IMG/VR virus record: IMGVR_UViG_3300019374_000291
Span: 1-64,000 of that record
Reading direction: 5' to 3' (one strand)
DNA: 64,000 nt
DNA from: a virus
Lineage: Duplodnaviria > Caudoviricetes
Made by a program: the position numbers and the translations under genes. Under the pieces are notes generated by a model that was given only the letters and a program-made list of their open reading frames with translations, did not search any database and had not been told where the DNA came from. Of the stretch, positions 55,687 to 64,000 are shown one piece after another. Each line of letters opens with the position of its first letter. The first letter of the stretch is position 1.

Positions 55687-55916
55687 TATCTGCCGTCCTT
55701 CCAGTATTCGCACCAACCGGACGGGAACGGCGTATGACAGCAGTTTCCATAGAAGCGGCAGTTCTCACAGCACTGGTCGTCTACATACAGTTCCTCGTCA
55801 CTGTGGTCGTAATCGTCATAGCCGCCGCGGGTGTAATTACAGATCTCCGGCACAGGATATCCGCGGCGTTTTCTGCGTGTTTTATATCCTTTTCTGTCTT
55901 TCCATGTTCTGCTCAT
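55683..55916 (-). CDS. Small basic/Cys-rich protein
   Basis: Coupled to both neighbours; CENCRFY...WCEYW. Confidence 0.55.
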   Translation of the reverse strand: MSRTWKDRKGYKTRRKRRGYPVPEICNYTRGGYDDYDHSDEELYVDDQCCENCRFYGNCCHTPFPSGWCEYWKDGRY

Positions 55917-56962
55917 GCGTTGATCTCCTTCCACTGTGTTTTCGGCATGGTTGCCACTTGCCAGCCGATGCCTTCCAGCGCAGTGGCTCTGTCGTAGGAC
56001 TCTACATCCTGCGAAGCCCGCGTGATGGCATTGCTCAGACCATAGAGGGAGAGATCGCCGCCCTTGATGAGATAGTTCAGAATGCTGTCCTGTTCCGGCT
56101 GATTGAGGTCATATGCCTTGCCGGTCAGCTCGATGACATCCTGAACTCTGCCGGTGATCTTTGCACCGTGACTCTGCTCCAATACACCGACGATCTGAGA
56201 AAACCTTGCTTCTTCGATTGCAGCAAGCGTTGTGTCACGGAGCTTCAGCATAAAGGCATGATCTTCTGCTTCGAGCGTTTCATCTGTATAGATATTGAAG
56301 CTGTCTTCCAGCGCCTTCGCAGCTCTGCCCACATGGGTACGGCGTTCGCCCATACTGTTGACCACCATGCCGTTGGTGCAGGCAAGCGTATAGACAAGGG
56401 GCTGCACGGAAACAGCGCCGAGCCCGACCTCGGAATTGGAAATGATAACACCTGCCTGAACTCTGTCTCCGACACAAGCCATTTCAAGGCGATGATTGAC
56501 GATCTTCAGATACAGCTTGTTCTCGGTAACCTCGCAGCTCATGACCTCCATGCCGTCCCACCCTGCAAACAGTGGCAGCACCGCCGATGCGATCTCCAAG
56601 TTATCGATACGGCGATAGCGGTCAGATAATAAAGCTCTTGCGACCTGTCCGCTACCATAGTCAAGCGTTCTGACCATGTAGCTGTTGTCCTTGTCGGAGA
56701 ACCATGCGTTCACGTTATCTGCCAGAAGCTCCGGCTTCTGTTTCTGCATCATATCATAATATCTCGCGGGGATACCGAGTGCCGATGCCACCTGACGATG
56801 GAAAAGCTGTGTTGTGCCGAAGCTGTGATCATCCCCGATGCGGAATGTGCTGCCGTCCTCGTCCAGACGGAATGCCTCCGCCGCACCGATATAGTCCTGC
56901 TTTGCCGCATTCTGACGCTGAAGCTCTGTCAGCACCTCCGGTAATGCTCGTCCCTGTTTCAT
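55913..56962 (-). CDS. DUF932-like protein
   Basis: ARALLSDRYRRIDN, ISNSEVGLG, LACTNGMV. Confidence 0.75.
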   Translation of the reverse strand: MKQGRALPEVLTELQRQNAAKQDYIGAAEAFRLDEDGSTFRIGDDHSFGTTQLFHRQVASALGIPARYYDMMQKQKPELLADNVNAWFSDKDNSYMVRTLDYGSGQVARALLSDRYRRIDNLEIASAVLPLFAGWDGMEVMSCEVTENKLYLKIVNHRLEMACVGDRVQAGVIISNSEVGLGAVSVQPLVYTLACTNGMVVNSMGERRTHVGRAAKALEDSFNIYTDETLEAEDHAFMLKLRDTTLAAIEEARFSQIVGVLEQSHGAKITGRVQDVIELTGKAYDLNQPEQDSILNYLIKGGDLSLYGLSNAITRASQDVESYDRATALEGIGWQVATMPKTQWKEINA

Positions 56963-56974
56963 AGAAAAATCCTC

Positions 56975-58930
56975 CTAGTCTTTGAAATAATAATTGCCTG
57001 TATATCCGGCAGAGGACAGCGGAAGGCCGTCCGCCCATGCAGGATTTCGGTTCATGATATTGCACACATCATCGACAGTGTATTGTCCTTTCGGCACTTC
57101 GAGAATGACTTCATCGTGTACATGGCCGACAATGCCGAGCCCTGTAAGCTCCATGCGCCGCATTGCCTCGGCAAGCAGGTCACGGGCGGTCGCCTGTGTG
57201 ATGTTCTCTGTCAGCTTCCCGCTGTAGGTCTCGCCGCGTGTCCATTTGTTGTTTGCGCCGAGCCCTTCAAAGGTCAGTGCCATGCGCCCGAAGCGGTTCG
57301 GCTGCAGCTTTGGTTTGATGTAGGCAAGCCTGCGACCTGACGGCAGCACGATCCACAGTGTATTTGCAGAGAACTGAAAACCGATCCTGCCAACTGTTCT
57401 GTCCGTATGGTCCTTTACTGTTTCGATTGCCGCTTTTTCCACGGCATACCAGAACTTTACGATCTCCGGATTTGCATCGCGCCAGCTTGAAATGATGTCG
57501 GGCAGTTCATCCTCTTTCAGTCCCATATCCAGTGCGCCCATAGAGATCAGCGCACCGGCACCGCCACCGTAACCGCAGGCCAGTTCTGCGACCTTGCCTT
57601 TCTGCCGCAGTTCACCGTTGATACCGTGCTTCACGACCGGAACGCCGAACATCTGCGAAGCGGAAGCACAGTAGATATCTTCACCGCGCTGAAATGCATC
57701 CAACCGCCATTGCTCTCCGGCAAGCCATGCCAGCACACGAGCCTCGATAGCTGAGAAGTCTGCAACGATAAACTCACAGCCTTCTTTCGGGATCAGCATC
57801 GTGCGGATAAGCTGTGACAGGATATCCGGCGTATTGCCGTACAATGCTTCGATCATATCAAAACAACCCATTTTGACCAGTTCTCTTGCCTCATCAAGCG
57901 TAGAGATGTGGTTCTGCGGAAGATTCTGCAATTGGATCCCGCGTCCTGCCCAGCGCTGTGTACGGTTCGCACCGGAGAACTGAAACAGTCCGTGCGCTCT
58001 GCCGTCCTGACAGATGTATCTCTCTGCCGCCTGATACTTTTTCACAGAGGACTTTGCCATCTGCAAACGCAGCTTCATCATATCCAGAGCCTCGCCGTCA
58101 GCACTATGTTTGTCAAGGTCTGTGATAAGAGAAGCGACATTCTTTTTACCGAGGGAATCGACCTCAATGCCGCGCTCCTCCAGCCAGCCCTTCAGCTGAG
58201 ATACAGAATTCGGATTTTCAAGTCCTGTGAGAGCATAGGCACGTTTGGTCATTTCTTCGGACATCGCCATATTGCAGATGATCGCCTGCTGTACCAGTTC
58301 CTTGTCGATCAGGATACCGCGGTCATTGATCCGCTGATCCATGTGGTAGTAGTCCCATTCCTGCGGGAGCAGGGGGAACTTTTCAAGCCTGCGGCGGATA
58401 TCCCGCTCGGTCTCCACGTCCTGTATGCAGTAGCTTTTGAACAGCTTCCAGTCCTCTGGGGCGTGCTCAGGCAGATTCCTTGTTCTGCCGCCGTTTGCTT
58501 TGGTGGGCTTACAGGGCAGAGAGAAATAACGAATAAGTCGCTCACCGACGGCGTCCTTCTGCTGTGCAGTTTTCAGTGCCTGTGCAGCCGTTGCCAGCTT
58601 CAGCGGCAGGGACAGCGATGCCGCCCAGACCATCGTGCATTGCCACGCATCCGTGGAAAGCCTAATGCCGAGATATTTTGACAGGCAGGTGCGCTCAAAC
58701 TGTGCGTTCCATGCCGATTTGATAATACTGTCATCCTGCAGCGCATCCATAATCTCTGCCGGAAGCTGCTCCCCGCAGGCCATATCCACGCATTTTGTCT
58801 CTTCGTCGTCAAAGGCGTATGCGAACAGTAGGATATGGAAATCTCCCTCGACATAGCGGTACACACCGCAGTTCGGGAGGTCAACATCCGAATAGGTTTC
58901 AAGGTCGATGGAAAGTACACGTCTGCTCAA
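56975..58930 (-). CDS. Family A DNA polymerase (SPO2-like)
   Basis: IDLETYS exonuclease; ADFSAIEAR (motif A); RQKGKVAELACGY (B); HVHDE (C). Confidence 0.95.
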   Translation of the reverse strand: MSRRVLSIDLETYSDVDLPNCGVYRYVEGDFHILLFAYAFDDEETKCVDMACGEQLPAEIMDALQDDSIIKSAWNAQFERTCLSKYLGIRLSTDAWQCTMVWAASLSLPLKLATAAQALKTAQQKDAVGERLIRYFSLPCKPTKANGGRTRNLPEHAPEDWKLFKSYCIQDVETERDIRRRLEKFPLLPQEWDYYHMDQRINDRGILIDKELVQQAIICNMAMSEEMTKRAYALTGLENPNSVSQLKGWLEERGIEVDSLGKKNVASLITDLDKHSADGEALDMMKLRLQMAKSSVKKYQAAERYICQDGRAHGLFQFSGANRTQRWAGRGIQLQNLPQNHISTLDEARELVKMGCFDMIEALYGNTPDILSQLIRTMLIPKEGCEFIVADFSAIEARVLAWLAGEQWRLDAFQRGEDIYCASASQMFGVPVVKHGINGELRQKGKVAELACGYGGGAGALISMGALDMGLKEDELPDIISSWRDANPEIVKFWYAVEKAAIETVKDHTDRTVGRIGFQFSANTLWIVLPSGRRLAYIKPKLQPNRFGRMALTFEGLGANNKWTRGETYSGKLTENITQATARDLLAEAMRRMELTGLGIVGHVHDEVILEVPKGQYTVDDVCNIMNRNPAWADGLPLSSAGYTGNYYFKD

Positions 58931-58981
58931 TAATGATCACCACCTTTGTGTATGTAAAAGGGAGGACGCGCCTCCCTTATC

Positions 58982-59563
58982 TTAGTTCAGAAAATCCATA
59001 TCGTCATCGTCAAGCTCATCGGCATCGTCGCCCTCGACCTCCACAAAGTCGGATGCCGCCGTCGGTCTGCCGGCAAGACGTTCACCGTGACGGACAAGCT
59101 GAATGTTCTGGAGTCCTGCCGCAATACCCTTGTTGCCGGAAGCAGCAAAGCCGTAGAAGTTGACAGACACATTGCAGTAGTCGCCGCTGCCGCATTCCAT
59201 CGGGTCGAGGATGGGCTGCACATGGCGGTCGACGATCTGCGGCGCGTCCTTGCTGGTCGCATTGAAGAAGAAATGACCTGCATAGTTCTCATCGTCGGGA
59301 CGGTCGATATCGCCGTCGTGCATGGGCAGCTTAAGGTTTGCGGGGATCTTTCCGCTCCACTTCTTCTCCTTGGCAGCTTCCTTCGCTGCTTCGATCGCCT
59401 TCTTGATCTTAGCAAGGGTCGCCTTGTCATCCTTCGGAATGAGCAGGGAGACGGAATACTTCTCATCGCTGCCGTTGATGCTCTTGGGCTCCCAGATGTT
59501 TGCAAAAGAGATGCGGCAGGGCACGATGACCTTCGTTGCGGGTGCTGTATTGTTTTTAGCCAT
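58982..59563 (-). CDS. DUF2815 ssDNA-binding protein
   Basis: RISFANIWEP, KYSVSLLIPK, GNKGIAAGLQNIQ, acidic tail. Confidence 0.88.
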   Translation of the reverse strand: MAKNNTAPATKVIVPCRISFANIWEPKSINGSDEKYSVSLLIPKDDKATLAKIKKAIEAAKEAAKEKKWSGKIPANLKLPMHDGDIDRPDDENYAGHFFFNATSKDAPQIVDRHVQPILDPMECGSGDYCNVSVNFYGFAASGNKGIAAGLQNIQLVRHGERLAGRPTAASDFVEVEGDDADELDDDDMDFLN

Positions 59564-59589
59564 TATTTTATCCTCCTGAAAATGTAGTT

Positions 59590-60840
59590 TTATTTCTCGT
59601 CAGGCAGTACTGAAAACTCCTGATCCGGAGTGGATGTGAGATCGACCGGCTCTCTTGGGTCACTTTCCGGTACGAGAGCCGGTTTTCCGGGCGGCTTGGC
59701 GACATATTCACCGAGCAGCTCATTGAACTTTTTCTTGCCCATCATCTTTTCAAATTCCGTCAGCGTGATGAGCGTCTGCTTGTAAAGGTCGGTGTAGCCG
59801 TTCTGCACAGCAGTATCGACCACCGCCTTGGTGTCCGTGAAAACACGTTTACTTCTGCCTTCGACCACCTTATAGCCGGGAATGGGTACGCCGTGATTGA
59901 TCGCCTCGGAGGAGACGAATGCAAATACCGCCTCTATCCACGAGGATATCCTGTTCAGCGTCGGCAGTATCTCCGCCAGTTCTGCTATAGGGATCAGGCC
60001 CGGCTGCTTGAATACGGCTGTATTTGTATCCGCTTCATAGGGCGCGGTCATATCAGATTCCTCTGCGGTATCATCAAAAGCCCCAGCATCAAGGTCGAGG
60101 AAATCCTCCCGGCAGAGCGCCAGTGCTTCATCGGCACAGGCTTTGCATACCGGCTTTGCACGGCAGAAGCGGCACCAGTCACCCGGGTGCTGTTCGCCCT
60201 TTCCCTCGAAAGCAAGCAGAGCGGTCGGTTTGATGCTCTCGCCCCAGTCCTCAAGTTCCTGCCTGCTGCATTCAAATGTGCTGATATTATCAAGACGGGG
60301 CTGGATGATGCTCATACGAACGATTTCGATATCATACAAAAAGCCGTAAGCGGCTAAAGCCCCAATCGCGTACAGCATCATCTGGCTGTTGTGGCCTGCG
60401 TCCACGAACACGCCCTTGCCCGTCTTGAAATCACATACATGAAGCAGACCTCTGCCATCAGCATCCTTGCCGATGATAAGCATATCCGCGGTGCCGAAGC
60501 CGGAGGGTGCGATATGACTGTAATCGACACGCTCTTCTACAAAAGCAAGAGGTTCACAGTCATTTTCCCGCATCTGCTCAATGATGGAAATGACGAATTC
60601 GGCATACACGTCGGTAATCTGCTCAATTTCCTCAGTGTCGAACTCCTCGGACTGCGGGCGTTTCACGCGCTCATGCAGATACTTTCGAACCTTGTACTCA
60701 CAGATCTCATGGGCGAATGTACCTTCTTCGGCATAGACAGAGCTTTCATTCGGAAAGCTCTCCTGCAGGCGAACGGAAGGCGGACAGTGCAGCCACTGCT
60801 TGGAACTGGATGCGCTCAGAAGCGCGTGTACATCCGGCAT
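59590..60840 (-). CDS. DUF2800 Cas4-like PD-(D/E)xK nuclease
   Basis: HALLSASS..W..CPPS; FGTAD; DFKTGKG; QPRL; WCRFC. Confidence 0.88.
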   Translation of the reverse strand: MPDVHALLSASSSKQWLHCPPSVRLQESFPNESSVYAEEGTFAHEICEYKVRKYLHERVKRPQSEEFDTEEIEQITDVYAEFVISIIEQMRENDCEPLAFVEERVDYSHIAPSGFGTADMLIIGKDADGRGLLHVCDFKTGKGVFVDAGHNSQMMLYAIGALAAYGFLYDIEIVRMSIIQPRLDNISTFECSRQELEDWGESIKPTALLAFEGKGEQHPGDWCRFCRAKPVCKACADEALALCREDFLDLDAGAFDDTAEESDMTAPYEADTNTAVFKQPGLIPIAELAEILPTLNRISSWIEAVFAFVSSEAINHGVPIPGYKVVEGRSKRVFTDTKAVVDTAVQNGYTDLYKQTLITLTEFEKMMGKKKFNELLGEYVAKPPGKPALVPESDPREPVDLTSTPDQEFSVLPDEK

Positions 60841-60854
60841 CCGATCACCTCCGG

Positions 60855-61334
60855 TCAGAGCTGGGACACATCGGTGAGAAATGCCTCGTACTTGTCCTGC
60901 GGAATATCGCTGACCTTCGCTGCACCATACGATTTCAGCAGGGCGAGAACCTTGTCCTTGTTGGCTCTGTTCTGCTTGATCTTGCCGGTCACAACCTTAA
61001 TAAGGTCATCGGCGGTCAGCTCCGATGCAGGCTCCTGTTTCTTTGCAGGGGCTTTCTTTTTCGGCTGCTCTTTCGGCTTTTCCTCCGGCTCGGTGTCCCA
61101 CGGCAGATCATCAGCGGAAAGGATCTCTTCAAATTCATCCGGGTTGATAGTCTCCGGAGCTGTCTCCTTCGGCACACCGTTGATGGCCATATCTGCAAGC
61201 TGCTGTGCCATGCCCGGCTCCATTGAATTCAGAAGCTGGATAACACCGCCGAAGATCGTGCCGAGCCCGTCGATCAGCTTCTTTGCGTCTACCGGGATAG
61301 GCTCCGGCAGCTTGTTCTTTTTAGTCTCCGTCAT
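60855..61334 (-). CDS. Conserved replication-module protein
   Basis: C-terminal LLKSYGAAKVSDIPQDKY. Confidence 0.7.
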   Translation of the reverse strand: MTETKKNKLPEPIPVDAKKLIDGLGTIFGGVIQLLNSMEPGMAQQLADMAINGVPKETAPETINPDEFEEILSADDLPWDTEPEEKPKEQPKKKAPAKKQEPASELTADDLIKVVTGKIKQNRANKDKVLALLKSYGAAKVSDIPQDKYEAFLTDVSQL

Positions 61335-61677
61335 AGATCAGTCCCTCCTCGTCATCATCATTTTCAGGCATCTTCGCGATGACACCGCTGTCCCTGCGGA
61401 GCTTCTTCCTAAAATCGTCCGGGTAGCGGATCTCGAAGAAGACGCCCTCGTCATCAATTTTCAGGCGGAACACACCGACATCCAGTTCCATATTCGGGAG
61501 CATAGCCGATGCCATCGACATGAAGCGGAACATATCTGTTGCGGTCTGTGCGATGTCTCCGGCACGCTTGTCCATTGCCGTTTCAAGCAGCTTCAGGGCA
61601 TCCGGTTTACCTGCGGACTTGCCGGGATCGGGTGCGGCACCGCCGTTGTAGCGGTTCTTCGGGGTTTTGTTTTCCAT
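61321..61677 (-). CDS. Hypothetical protein
   Basis: AAAGGA RBS; first gene after repeat copy 2. Confidence 0.55.
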   Translation of the reverse strand: MENKTPKNRYNGGAAPDPGKSAGKPDALKLLETAMDKRAGDIAQTATDMFRFMSMASAMLPNMELDVGVFRLKIDDEGVFFEIRYPDDFRKKLRRDSGVIAKMPENDDDEEGLIYDGD

Positions 61678-61738
61678 ATACTTTTCCTTTCTGTGCGGCC
61701 TTGCGGCCAATGTATTATCGTGAGGAGCATCATGGCCT

Positions 61739-61776
61739 CTCATATACTGTCGTGGGAGAAGCGATTTGTAAGGGGT
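61739..61776 (-). repeat. 38-bp repeat, copy 2; candidate phage-sigma promoter
   Basis: Directly after the stop of the sigma-like gene. Confidence 0.8.
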
Positions 61777-61777
61777 C

Positions 61778-62482
61778 TCAGAAAAATTTTTTTGCCTTTG
61801 CCAGTGCATAACGCAGTCTCTCGTTGACCGACATCTTTGCGATGCCCAGCATTTCGGCGATCTCATCCTGTGTCATGCAGTCACGGTAGTACAGGATAAA
61901 CACCTCGCGCTGCTTCTCTGTCATATCCGCAAGCATCTCTTCTCTGGTCTCACGGCGCTCCACAGCATCCTGCGGATTCTCGCCAATGCGTCCGTCGTAC
62001 CAGTTGAAGGCTCTACGGAAAGGGTCTGCCACTGCCAGTTCCATATCGCCGTCCTTATCCCCGTTGTCGGCGCTGTCATAATCTGTAGTATCCTTGCGGC
62101 TGCCGGTGCGGTTCATGCTGTTTGCCTCAATGCGGTGGTCGCCAATCAACGTCACTGCAAGGATCCACGGCTGTGTGGCGAGAAAGCCGTCCGGCAGTTC
62201 GTAGGACTCTCTGAAGCTTTCCTTTTCTGAATCCCTCAGCTTATTAAAATAGAAAGTGAAGTTTTTGCAGTACGGCAGCCACACAACGGTGCGTCCGGTG
62301 ATATTCTGGTAGATTGCAAAGCCGTTGCTGAACAGTGTGCAGTCGTTTGTTTCTGCAATCGGTTCACCGGCGGTCTCAAACAGCTCTTTCGGGGTAGGTG
62401 TCTTGCCGGACTTTTCAGCAAGATTGAGAATGGTGAGCAGTTCTCCGAGGGTAGTTCTATCTGTTACAGTGATCGTATTCAT
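61778..62482 (-). CDS. Sigma-70 region 4 domain protein
   Basis: MTEKQREVFILYY...MTQDEIAEMLGIAKMSVNERL. Confidence 0.85.
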   Translation of the reverse strand: MNTITVTDRTTLGELLTILNLAEKSGKTPTPKELFETAGEPIAETNDCTLFSNGFAIYQNITGRTVVWLPYCKNFTFYFNKLRDSEKESFRESYELPDGFLATQPWILAVTLIGDHRIEANSMNRTGSRKDTTDYDSADNGDKDGDMELAVADPFRRAFNWYDGRIGENPQDAVERRETREEMLADMTEKQREVFILYYRDCMTQDEIAEMLGIAKMSVNERLRYALAKAKKFF

Positions 62483-63025
62483 AGTCGTTCCTTTCTGCAA
62501 GGAACGCACTCGCGGCAAATGCTCCTACTGCGTAAAAGGCACGCAGGCAGACGATGTCCACACGGAAATTCTTTCATGATACCTGTTTCGGTCAATACTG
62601 ACCGCAGGCATGATTTTCCGTTATGAGCATCTGTCCGCCAATGCGCGCCTTGACTAACAAATGTGATTTTTCTATGCTTCGGCATAAAAATAGCCGGATG
62701 CATACAGAGGGAGAACATACAGCTTGATCTGCCGTCCACAGGGTATAGCTATGGCCTAGAGACTTTTGCTGTATGAACGCCCGCCTACCGTATGCATCCG
62801 GCAGCGAGGTGTTCAGCAAGGTATTCATTCGGCAACCTCCGAAAAAGTTGCACAAATCCGCTTTCCGGAACTTGACATAGCGGTAACCATTGTGGATCCG
62901 CTTTCAAGCCGGTTCCCGGAAATCATCGAATCTATGACGTTTCCGATGAACGCCCTGCTCTATTGTGTTCGGGAGTTTGTCCCCCCTACAATTATAGTTT
63001 AACATATATTTTCCGGCCTGTAAGC

Positions 63026-63182
63026 CAATCAACGGGGTTGCCGAATAAAACGGCGATTCTGCGTGCTTTTTTGAAAATCATCGAAAAGTGTCCATGTCAG
63101 GTGGACACATTCATTGCGAAAATGCCGATTTTACGTCAGTGATATTTCTGTTGTATTTTTATTCTGACAACCAAACAGGTTG
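63026..63182. promoter_or_regulatory. Two palindromic operator-like sites, CAACC-N5-GGTTG
   Basis: 63168-63182 perfect; 63026-63040 with one mismatch. Confidence 0.45.
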
Positions 63183-63265
63183 CAGAATCGTGCAATAAAA
63201 TTTTCAAATCGTCATTTTGCACAATGGAAACGATCCGTTTTTCCGCATCTCAACCGCAGAAGGGC

Positions 63266-63300
63266 ATAAAAAAGACCAGCGGTCATATAACCGCCGGTCA
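63266..63300 (-). terminator. Terminator after the HTH gene
   Basis: Minus strand GACCGGCGGT-TATATG-ACCGCTGGTC-TTTTTT. Confidence 0.75.
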
Positions 63301-63309
63301 TCATTATTA

Positions 63310-64000
63310 TCATTCTTCCTCTATTCCGTACCTTCTTCTTAGCTGGCTCTGTGTCTGTGAATCGAAGTCGAGCATATCCAGTTCAAACTGTCTGCCGTCA
63401 TTCAGTTTTTTGAAGCCCTGCTCCGTAAGGATATCGTTGCCGCGCTCGATCGTCATATTTCTGTCGCTCAGCAGATGCAGATAGATCGGGTCTGCACCGT
63501 AATAGCTGAGATGCAGTCCTGCCAGCTCGATCAGGCGAAGGCTGACGCCGATATCCAGTTTCAGGCTGATACAGATACCGACAACATGACGCTTCAGCAT
63601 GATCTCCCTTTTCAGCCATTTCTGAAACGCCTGCCGCGATACGCCCATGTGGGATGCCAGTGTTGTCTGAGAAACACCCAGTTCATCGAGCACCATCTGA
63701 AGTGCGTCATGGAACGTGCCGTGAAGTGCGCCTGCCAGTGCGCCCCAACGTGCCGCACTTTCAGAAAATGCGTTGTTTTCAGCCTGATAGCCTTCCTCTC
63801 CGGGTTCACTGACAAGCTCCACTGTATTATATTTTCCGTTGCCGTTTTTCTTGGTACGCGCCGCAGAACCGCCTGCGTATTGGAATGTGATCTTCCTGCG
63901 TTTCGGTCTGAACGCCAGACAGCATTCATCAATGTGTGCATGGGCATATTCTGTCAGCCGCTGCATCCCATTGGGTGCGGTTTCAATATAGCGGGAATCG
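63310..64000 (-). CDS. XRE-like HTH protein, 5' part outside the window (repressor candidate)
   Basis: LGVSQTTLASHMGVSRQAFQKW; frame stays open to the window edge. Confidence 0.7.
   Translation of the reverse strand, partial: DSRYIETAPNGMQRLTEYAHAHIDECCLAFRPKRRKITFQYAGGSAARTKKNGNGKYNTVELVSEPGEEGYQAENNAFSESAARWGALAGALHGTFHDALQMVLDELGVSQTTLASHMGVSRQAFQKWLKREIMLKRHVVGICISLKLDIGVSLRLIELAGLHLSYYGADPIYLHLLSDRNMTIERGNDILTEQGFKKLNDGRQFELDMLDFDSQTQSQLRRRYGIEEE

Larger units (their letters stand above)
2090..64000 (-). mobile_element. Temperate siphovirus-like prophage, continuing beyond the right edge
   Basis: Ordered integration, lysis, tail, head, packaging, methylation and replication modules; left boundary is approximate. 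Confidence 0.95.

Noticed and set aside
59590-60840. Cas4-like nuclease as evidence of a CRISPR system
   Set aside because: It sits in the usual DUF2800-DUF2815-PolA phage replication module.
1-64000. tRNA or rRNA genes
   Set aside because: None recognised by eye; tRNAscan-SE would be needed to exclude tRNAs.

Overview
Almost the whole window (about 2.1 kb to the right edge) is one temperate siphovirus-type prophage read mostly on the minus strand. It sits beside a host gene for a secreted BspA-LRR/dockerin protein, which points to a cellulosome-bearing Ruminococcus-like host. Modules from right to left: repressor-like HTH gene (cut by the window edge), phage sigma-like factor, replication (DUF2800 nuclease, DUF2815 SSB, family A DNA polymerase, VRR-NUC, SNF2 helicase, primase-helicase, probable ori), metK, HNH and probable cos, nrdDG, three DNA methyltransferases, a 10 kb array of small genes, terminase, HK97-type head, tail, lysis and a triple serine-recombinase module. 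The main unexplained structure is the 30.0-40.5 kb array. About 20 small genes are organised as 12 expression cassettes, each headed by a copy of one conserved non-coding unit: a sigma-A promoter with exact 17-bp spacing, usually a pair of upstream TGTACA-like boxes, a 5' leader hairpin and a GGAG(G) RBS. The cassettes are separated by UNCG-type hairpins or a second conserved ~100-nt nested hairpin, and a 13th promoter of the same type precedes the recombinases. Other notable points are a nested alternative-frame subunit inside a multi-TRD C5 methyltransferase, a 38-bp repeated candidate phage-sigma promoter, and several opposite-strand morons with consensus promoters. All family assignments come from motif recognition by eye, not database searches.
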